This document shows positions 53,291 through 64,000 of a stretch of DNA of 64,000 nucleotides, one piece after another. The translations under genes were made by a program, and so were the position numbers. The stretch is taken from the NCBI RefSeq assembly GCF_009914755.1, contig NC_060947.1, one strand, 5' to 3'. This DNA comes from the human T2T-CHM13v2.0 reference genome, Homo sapiens. Every line of letters begins with the position of its first letter. Position 1 is the stretch's first letter. The notes below the pieces were generated by a model, which saw only the letters and a list, made by a program, of their open reading frames with translations, did not search any database and was not told the DNA's origin.

Positions 53291-55916
53291 TAAAAACTAC
53301 GGTAGTAGCAAGATGATGCTCATGAAGTCATCCTTGTTTTCAGTTCACTCTCCCTCTTCTTCACCTGTCTGTGTCTCTTTCCCACTTTAAACTCTTGGGC
53401 AAAAATGTTTGTCCTACAAGAAGTCTTTTTTGGCTAACAGTTTATCCTGATATTTCCTTTACTTGGCACCTATTCAAAATTTACATACATAGTTCGGGTC
53501 ATGCTAATTTTGCCTTTTTGCCTATTTTTATGTATTCTTATGTATTCATTTGTATAATTCCTGAATTCCTAACTATTATAGACTAATAGATTCATAGCTT
53601 AAACATTAAAAAATACATAATTTCCATGTACTTCAGAAATCCCTTAAACTAAAACCCTGTCCAGTGGTCATTCACTTACTACTTGAGCACTGTCAGGGAC
53701 AGAGAGTTCATCATCTCACAAGGCATTTCAGTTCATTGCTGAACAGCTCAAGTTTTTAGAAAGTTATTGTTCAAACTATGCCAAAATGTGCCTTCCTCTA
53801 ACTTTCACACATTTTTCCTTGTTGTGCTTTCCTGAGCAATATAGGACATATTTTAAGTTGTCTTCTATTTACTTTATATCATCCAGTCAATTACCAATCA
53901 GTGGTATTGACATGTTGGCTTTTTTTCTTAACTAATGTTAGAATTTCAATGTTTTTACCACTAAAATAATTATAAATAAATTATTTTTTAAATTTTCTTT
54001 TGGTGGGATGGGATATACTCCATCTACTTTTTGAGGATGACTTTACTTTTGTGTCTTGGAGAAGGATTTGGGGGCCAGTCACCTGTGTGATGTGCGGTTT
54101 TTTGTGTCTCAGGAGTCCCCCTCCCCAACAATATTCTCCTCCCTATTAGCATGCTGTCTAAAATTTCATCCTTCATTAAAACAGCATTCTTTCAGGTTTT
54201 AAAAGCTGTAGGGTCTTTGAGTCCTTGTTAAAAAGGCAAATGGTCCCAGGAAAAAAAAAACACCAACTGAAAAGTACTACTGATAACTTAGCAGGGATTA
54301 ATTCATTGATGGCAACCTGAGTGTAAAACAGCAGATTGATTGAGGTATGATCTGGAAGCAGTACAACACTGACGGAGATCCAGGGACTTTGTTTCATTCA
54401 TCTCAGTATAGCACAGTGACTGATTCATATCAGGCCCTCATTGATGAATGAATAAATGAGTGTATGAAAATGAATGAATGAGGCTGGAAAAGTGAGCATC
54501 TATCCCCCCAGTCAAATATTTCCTACTTCATAATCTTATCTAGAACCATTTAAGTGTGATAACACCAGAAAGATTGGGGTTCCTCGGCTTGATGACACCA
54601 TGCTGACTCTTAACAGAGTGTTCTTTTAATCTCTGTCTGCTCTCCCCACAGCTATTTGATGTCTCATCTTTAGCTGGCAGTTGGAGACATGACTTCTTTG
54701 TAGGCTGTTTCTATATAAAGCTCTGGCAGTAGGAACTGCCTAGGTTACCAACAGTGATTCACACAGCTACATAAAGTGCTTACACCCACACAGGGTTATG
54801 GAGTGAAGGAAACAGATTCCAGTTCAGATCTTGTTTCACTGCACGATATTGTGGAATTAGTTAACATTACTCTCCACTTATCTACATAAGCTATTGTAGA
54901 TGTAGTGATCTCCATCATACCATGTGAATTTGAGTAGAGTATTAAAAACCTCATTAATTCTCACCAGTGTTTAATCTAAGTTTAAAATGTGGGGTTAGCA
55001 CTTAGAGGAGTGAGGAGATTATTAAGTGCTTTCAGAGAAAGAAACTCTTTTAAGTAGTATATAGAAGCAACTGTTTTCTGCAAACAATCTTTGCCTATTC
55101 AATAAAGCAGATCCAGCAGTGCTTCTTTTTGGCATCATTTTAGTAGCAATTCATTTGTGTTATTATATTACTTGAAAATAATAGGGCTGCATTTTATATT
55201 TTTAAAAAACTTTAAGAGGAAGGCCTACCTGACAGAAGTTTTCTTAACAATGGAAGGATATATTTAAAAATACATAAAATGCCTGTTTTAAGGCTATATA
55301 GTAATGTAATCAAAGCTAATGAAATATAGAAATCTGCTTCAAAGAATAATGTGATTTGAATTAATACTTCAGTTGCTTTTATGCAAATGAATACTTCCTA
55401 AAGCACTAGAAAAATTGTGGGGTCTTTTTTTGTACAAGGTTCCTAGTGCAGAACTTATATACAGTATGAATTTTCTTTATCATGGAATGAGTGCTAACCA
55501 TTCTCCAAAATAATAAAATATTACTATATTCTATAACTCCAATTATAGAACTTGCCTACTTCAAGCAAGTTTTATTAGTATAGTTTCACTCTATTTGCAA
55601 AATAATTTCATAATGAAAGTAGGCTTCTATTTCCTTTATTTTGTATGCTCAGGCTGTACTTCTGACAATGAAAAAAGTTATATCTAAAAGAATATCCCCA
55701 TTGCTCATTTGTGGATATTGTTCAAATTATTGGATATCCTATTAATACTTCTCTGAAGAAATAGATGTCCACAGCCCATTAATCCTTACTCTATAAATAC
55801 ATAAAATGTTAGCAAACTGATAAATATTGATAAAACTTGTCTCATTCAAGCAATAATACGTTATGAATCTTCTACTTTAGGCTTTCATTTCACTGAACTG
55901 TGCCATTTAAATGTAA

Positions 55917-56329
<413 letters not shown>

Positions 56330-56919
56330 TAAGATCTTGGAGATAGTCTATATTTTTTTGAAAGGCTTCCTCAATCACATATCCTATTTGTACTTTAGGG
56401 AAAGAAAATATTACTCAGAAGAGAAGGGTAATTTAAGACTTTTACCTTCAGCCAAACAAAATGGCAAAAATGAACAAACACTCCAATGTTCTAAATTTAC
56501 TTTCATATAAATTTTAAATACTGCATAAATTGTGTTCTGATTCCTGAGAAGCTAAACAGTAAAGTACCATGTTCTACTGAACTATGAAAAAAATAGATAA
56601 TCTCAATTCCTTTAATATGGTTGTTTTCCTGACCCTGAGTCAGTTTCACCCTTGTCTTTGATATACCACTAGAATTTGTTTTGAACAGAAGGAAAGCAGT
56701 GAAGATATACACAACAAAAGGCAAATTTCTAGTCCTCCAAGCACTACTTTTGCACCTGTTATATATTCTGTTAAAATGGTATAAGCAATTATGGATAATA
56801 CATTAGGAAACTCAGAGAACTACAGTTTATTGAGGATATTGACTTAAATGAGTCAGAAGAATTTTCAATTTGACAAAATTAAAACCTTTTGGAGTTTCAG
56901 GGATACGAAAAGCTGATCT

Positions 56920-57229
<310 letters not shown>

Positions 57230-59325
57230 TTAGGGAGAAATTCACAAAGAAAATAGCCAACTATATTCTGGCCAATTTAATTTAGAAATAATAGTCTCTC
57301 TAGGTTTAGTCTAGCTTCATGATTTGCCTCTTCTGAAGCTATAAGCAGAAATATGTGGTCAACTAAAATGTGATTTATATGTGGACAACATATGCAGCTG
57401 AACTGTGCACAACCCCATTTGACTGTGAAGGAAGTTGGTGGGAAAATACTTGTTGAATATTTGCTACTTTACCACACAGGATGTTGAAAAATATTTTGAT
57501 CCACAGCAAATATAAAAATAATTTTTGCTAAAAAAAATCACTGAATCTAATTCCTCATTTTCAAAACACCCACTTAATTTATAGGAAGATGTGCTTATTT
57601 ATAGGAGCCAGCCTCTCTCCCCACCTACTCACCGCCTAGCCCCATGGGAGTGGAGGGTTGGAGTGGAAATGCACTTTTGCAAACCCTGCAAAAATCTGAA
57701 ATTAGTATCCACCCCTTCACAGATATCCTCTTGTGGATGGTAGAATTATTTAGTTGGTTTACATATTTATGGAGCAATCACCAGACAGTAAGATCATTTT
57801 GTTTCATAAAACACAGGAAAGTTCCTAAGCACATAACAAAGTTTTCATTTATTTGGATCTCGACGGTTTTTTAAATCTTCCTTTTGAAACTAGCTAAGTG
57901 AGCCAGACTTATCCATACCAGAAAAACCTGTGAATATGTATTTAGGATTTATTTATTGCATATCATAGTTAGAGTGCAATTCCTTTTTTCAACCCACTAT
58001 ACAACAGATGACACAGCATTTTTTTGTTCCAACCTTATAAAAGAAAGGCCCAACAGACAGCATGTTGAACATTTTTATGGCTAATTCAAACACTTCAGTA
58101 CTTGTCTCAAGCACATTTTATTTTGGTTTATTTTTCCATATTTTTTAAATTTTATTTTATTTTAAGTTCCGGGATACATGTGCAGGACATGCACGTTTGG
58201 GTAACTTGTTATACTGACATCTGAAATCAAATTTCCAATGTCTTCTGACACCATATGGCAACTGCTTCAATTATGAGAACACCAAGACACTCAGCCAAGG
58301 TCAGCCAAATTGATTTGAATAAAACAAAAATCAATCTAATTGATTATTTTAAAACTAAGCATCTTGAAGATGGGAATAAATTCCCAGAATGAATAAGATC
58401 AGTAAGTTCATAGAATCTCTTTAGTGGCTACATGCTCATGGGAGTAAGGTGACATACAGAATACAAATATGCTAAGTTTTGCCATTAATTTAATTACCTG
58501 CATGTGGCTAGCCCACCGGTGGTGGTTAAATCTCAGGCTAACTTTCTTTGATCACTCAACATACTTCAGAGTCACGTCTTTATATGTCTGAAGAGAATGC
58601 CTGCATAAAACAGAATATGAAAATGTGCTGAAAAATGCATTTCAAAGCCAACTTCGAGTGTCTTTTTATTATCTGCTCCTTTGTATCATCTGCATCACTG
58701 CTTCCCATCTACTGGTGTCTGTAACTGACTCAATTCCCTTCTAAGGACTAATAAGCAGCAACTCTGAGAAAACTATACATTGCTTTAGGTAGAAAATGAA
58801 ATTCAATTCAAAAAAGAAAAAAGTTAATTTTAAGATCTCAAGAAGAAAGCCAGTAAAGCAAGGTTATTGTTAATGCTTTAAGCGTATAATTCTTCTAAGA
58901 GAAAGATCATTAGAGCTTTGATAAATCACTAACACTTTGAGCATGAGCACCTTCTAATCCTAAATATCTGACAAACTACAATGAACCAGAATGCTACTTT
59001 TTGCAAGACAGAAGTTCCCTTATGCATTCTCCACGTTTTTTTCTGCCTACACATCTAAAATGTTACTCAACTCAGCTATTTTTCCCATCATAGTATTTAA
59101 AATTTTGCTCTTCCCTCTTAACTGAGTTAAAAGTTAAGTAAAAGGGTTATTTTAATAACCCTTTGCCACAGTTAGTATCATATATGTTTACTAAAATAAA
59201 AGATATACTATTTGAACAAAGTCACTGAACATTCCACTTTTAGCCAGTTGTTTTGGTGTTATGTAAATAAGCCTGACTCTTGACTACCTCCTAATATTCT
59301 TGAAGTTATGAGTAGATAAAGTTAC

Positions 59326-59642
<317 letters not shown>

Positions 59643-59669
59643 TAAAAAAAAAAAATACAAGCAAATCTC

Positions 59670-59960
59670 AGCCGGGTGCGGTGGCTCACACCTGTAATCC
59701 CAGCACTTTGGGAAGCCAAGGCGGGTGGATTGCTTGAGCTTAGGAGTTGGAGACCAACCCGGCCAACAGGGCGAAACCCCGTCTCTACTAAAAATACAAA
59801 AATTAGTAGGGCTGGTGGCGCAGCCTGTAGTCCCAGCTACTCGGGAGACTGAGGTGGGAGGATCGCTTGAGCCCATGAGGTGGAGGTTGTAGTGAGCCGA
59901 GATCAACCACTGCACTCCAGCCTGGGCAACAGAGTGAGACTCAGTCTCAAAAAATTAATT
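59670..59960 (+). mobile_element. AluJb-like
   Basis: Sense Alu; TSD aagcaaatct (59659-59668 / 59963-59972). Confidence 0.9.
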
Positions 59961-59992
59961 AAAAGCAAATCTTATTCTGAATGTTCTAGAGA

Positions 59993-60175
59993 AATGCTGT
60001 CCAACAGAACATTTTACAACTATACAAAATTCTATTTCTGTGTTGAATATGTAGCCACGAGCCATCTGTGGCTACTGAGTGCTTGAAATATAGTTAATGC
60101 AACTGAAAAACTGAATTTTTCATATAAAAAATGTAAATAACCACATGAGCCTATTGGCTACCATATTGAACAGTA
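59993..60175. mobile_element. MER3 hAT-Charlie MITE
   Basis: tgctgtccaacagaac...gtagccacgagccatctgtggctactgagtgcttgaaat...ggctaccatattgaacag. Confidence 0.75.
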
Positions 60176-60336
60176 TATGAACATGAACATGGGGTCGTTG
60201 GATAACTTTCATAAGGTCCATACAACTCCTTGAAATTGTGCACAAAATTGTGTGTGTTGATTTATTTTGTACCTAGGTTTCATCAAATTTTCAGAGGTAA
60301 CTCTGACCTCAGAAAGGTTAAGAACTACTATAGCAA

Positions 60337-60685
<349 letters not shown>

Positions 60686-60834
60686 TTAAAACTAGAAACA
60701 CGGTGATTTTTTTTTATGTTTTAAGAAAATATGCAAATTCTTCAACAAAAATAATTTCCTAAAGTTGAATTCAAATAATGCATTATACAATTCTACAATC
60801 AACATGTATTCCTCTTTTTTAAAAAAGAAAAACT

Positions 60835-61818
60835 TTTTATTTTTTAAAAATGTAGATTTACATGCAGTTGTAAGAAATAGATCTGTGTACCCTTCATCCC
60901 TTTACCCAGTTTCCCCCAGTAGTATCACCTCGTATAACGATAGTACAATATCACAACCAGGAAATTGGAGTTGATACAATCCACCCACCTTACTCGAATT
61001 TCACTAGTTTTACATGCAATTATATGCATGTTCTGCACAATTTTATCACATGTGTAGGTTCATGTGACTATCACCACAGTTAAGATTCAGAACGATTCCA
61101 TTGCAACAGAGCTCCTTCGTATTGTCCCTTTATAGCCAAAAGGACCTCCGCCCCGTAACCCCTTATTAACTCTGGGCAACCACTAATCTGCTATTAGTAT
61201 AATTTTATCACCTCAAAAAATGTTGTATAAATTGAATCTCATTGTATGTAAACTTTTTGGGATTGGCTTTTTTCATTCAGTATAATTCTCGGGAGATTCA
61301 TCCAGATTGTTGCACATATTAATAGCTCCTTTCTTTCTATTGCTAAGTGATATTCCATGGTATAGATGTACCACAGTTTGTTTTACCATTCACTCACTGA
61401 AGGATATTTAGGTTGTTTCCAAGATTTGGCAATTATGAGTGAAGTTGCTATGAAAATTTGTGAATGGCTTTCTGTGAATGTAATTTTTCATTTTTCTGAG
61501 ATAAAGGTCCATGACTGAAATTGGTGAGTTGGATGTTAGTTTTATAAGAAACTGCCAGACTGTTTTCCAGATTGGCTGTGCCATTTCACATTCCCACCAA
61601 AAAAAAATGTACGTATGATCCAGCTTCTCCACATCCTTAACAACATTTGGTGTAGACACATTATTTTTTTTAATTTTAGCCATTCTGGTAGGTATGCAGT
61701 GATATCACACTGTGATTTTAATTTGCATTTCCCTAATGGCTAATGACATTTAACATCTTTTCGCGTGCTTATTTTCCATCTGTATTTCCTCTTTGGTGAA
61801 ATGTTTATTCATGTCTTT
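60835..61818 (-). mobile_element. L1MC/L1MD 3' region
   Basis: tagatttacatgcagttgtaagaaata...tttacccagtttccccca...tttgcatttccctaatggctaatga. Confidence 0.8.
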
Positions 61819-62329
61819 TATAATCAGACACAAGCATCCAAAATAGGAAAAAGTTCTTTTTACATAGGAATTCAAATAATCAGTGGATAATATGGTTTTA
61901 CAAAAGAAAGAAATGCTGTTCAATGGGGATTTTTTTTAATTGGCTATCTGCTAAGACAGATGCCCTAACATTAACTCTTACCCCAGTGAAGATGTTTTTG
62001 TGGAGGACTAGGAAAATAGGACCCAGGAACAAAACTTGCCTTTCTGATACCTTGACTGTAGACAGAATTGAGAGAATACAACTGGAGATAAAAGAGAGCT
62101 TTTAGCAGGTATCAGATTCAATAATTTCATGAATGCATTTTCTAGCAAGTATCTGTAGTGCAGATATTTTATGTCCTTGGTATGCTTTGGATATATTTAG
62201 ATGTAGTTTGTTGCCTTGTTTTAGGAGTCCAAGTTGTATACCTACCTGGACAGAGAGCTGTCTACTACAGTTCAGGCAGGGCAACAGAATTACCTGCAGG
62301 CTAAACTACTCTTCTCCTCATAAAAGAGA

Positions 62330-62705
62330 TTGAATAAAAAGCCTACAATGACAGTCCACTGCCCAGTGAATCAAGACCAACTCCAAAATATGTTATTCAA
62401 GGTCAACAAAGCCCTAACCTACCTTTTCTGCCCAATCTCCCACTACTCCTCCTCTGTACTCTAGCCAAATGAAAATACTGTTTCCCAAATCTGCTCTGCT
62501 CTGTCCTGACTCTGAGCTTTTGTTACTGCTATATCCTCTACTGAAATACCTTCCCTCACCATTTGTGTCCATCAAAAATCCCACCTATCCCTCAAGGTCC
62601 TGCAGTTATCCATGAAACAGCCCCTACTTCCTTGAGTCAGAGGCAAACATTCCTGCCTCCATTCTAGCACAGGACTTTGTACTCCCTCACAGCACTTATC
62701 TCTCT
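62330..62705. mobile_element. L2 fragment
   Basis: Pyrimidine-rich L2-like motifs. Confidence 0.45.
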
Positions 62706-62721
62706 GACCACTCTTTTGTTT

Positions 62722-63052
62722 AAATACCACACCAACGCAATAACATGGATGAATCTCAACTGCATTTTGCTAAGTGAAAGAAGTCAGACACAAAAAGCTA
62801 CATGTATATGACAATCCAGAAAAGGCAAAAACCATAGGGAAAGAAAACAACTGAGTAGTTACCAGGGATTAAAAGTGGGAAGGGGTTTTGACTATAAAGG
62901 CATAGCATGAGGGAGTTTTTGTGGTAATGAAACCATTCTATATCTTGACTGTGATGGTAGTGGTTAAATGACTGTATATATTTGTAAAAACTTATATAAC
63001 CATATACTAAAAAGGGTGAATTTTACTCTATGTAAATTATACCTCAACAAAA
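62722..63052 (+). mobile_element. L1MD/L1ME 3' end
   Basis: aacatggatgaatctc...gctaagtgaaagaagtcagacacaaaa...tgtaaattatacctcaa. Confidence 0.75.
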
Positions 63053-63364
63053 ACGTTAGGAAAAAATCATACCAGCTAGGCAGCAAACTAGATAGCCTGC
63101 CCTCAAATTCTTGCCAATCATTTACTTGCACTTCAAGTGATGTGCCAGAGCAAGATCTGTGGCTACAAAAAAGATACATGGTCCCTTCTCTCAAGAAACT
63201 GTCTCTAATGAAGGAGATAGGCATGTAAGTAAATAAATGCAATATAGTATGAAAGATGCCATATATATTATGTGTAAAATACAGTGAAGAGGTAAAGGAG
63301 GAAGTGGTCAGATTGACTTAGATTGTTGAAGGCCTAGAATTCCAGGTTAAGAAATTTATATATT

Positions 63365-63664
63365 GCCGGTCACGGTGGCTCATGCTTGTAATCCCAGCAC
63401 TTTGGGAGGCCGAGGCGGGCAGATCACGAGGTCGGGAGATCGAGACCATCCTGGCTAGCACGGTGAAACCCCGTCTCTACTAAAAATATATAAAAATTAG
63501 CCTGGCGTGGTGGCGGGCGCCTGTAGTCCCAGCTACTCAGGAGGCTGAGGCAGGAGAATGGCGTGGACCCGGGAGGCGGAGCTCGCAGTGAGCCGAGATC
63601 GCCTCACTGCACTCAAGCCTGGGCGACAGAGCGAGACTCCGTCTCAAAAAAAAAAAAAGAAAGA
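63365..63664 (+). mobile_element. AluY
   Basis: Y diagnostics; TSD aagaaatttata (63349-63360 / 63665-63676). Confidence 0.93.
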
Positions 63665-64000
63665 AAGAAATTTATATTGTATTCAATATGCAATGAAAAG
63701 TGACATAATCATAGCTAGGTTTTAGAAAGTATAATCTGGCTGTAATATGAAGGATGATTTGGAATAGGGAAGAGACTAAAATCAATTAGAAGGCTATTTA
63801 CAATAATCTAAAAAAAATTAATATCACTTCTCTTTTCTAGTAGTAGACAATTGAGATCAGACTGTGCTTTCAATTAAAGCTTATATTGCTGATAATCTAG
63901 ATATGTGAAAGTAAAAACAAAGAGAGGACCCACAGATCTTTTCTTGATACCGTTAATAGGGTTAACTCTTAATTTAACTTGTCGCATTCATGTTTTTATC

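Noticed and set aside
54625-54735. Strong-looking acceptor tctctgtctgctctccccacag at 54651
   Set aside because: No convincing downstream donor and no recognisable coding content; such sites are common in long introns
57644-57874. 76-aa ATG-initiated ORF in non-repeat DNA as a third RNF128 variable exon
   Set aside because: No signal peptide or PA motifs and no matching phase-1 donor
59141-59164. Palindrome AAAGGGTTATT-tt-AATAACCCTTT
   Set aside because: Isolated 11-bp arms in AT-rich DNA with no supporting context; chance or a small template switch

Overview
This is human or primate genomic DNA, AT-rich and dense in L1/Alu, recognisable from protein sequence as the RADX (CXorf57)-RNF128 (GRAIL) interval on Xq22.3. 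Both genes are on the + strand. The window holds the last three RADX coding exons (8458-8748, 15606-15773, 24571-24701) and a ~1.2 kb 3'UTR. A ~7.6 kb full-length but decayed L1MA-type element lies between the genes. The distal alternative first exon of RNF128 (signal peptide + PA domain, CDS 40446-40851) is followed by ~23 kb of its intron. Nearly all other ORFs in the track are repeat-derived noise, and I found no evidence of a wholly new gene system. The most notable unexplained structures are: a candidate alternative terminal exon of RADX; a tailless 5'-half tRNA-Ile retrocopy with TSDs; a uORF cluster and an overlapping E-box/NF-kB site at the RNF128 distal exon; several template-switch or capture scars; a twin-primed L1; an L1 3' transduction; and a closely spaced inverted Alu pair. 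Repeat subfamily names are from memory of consensus sequences and are approximate.
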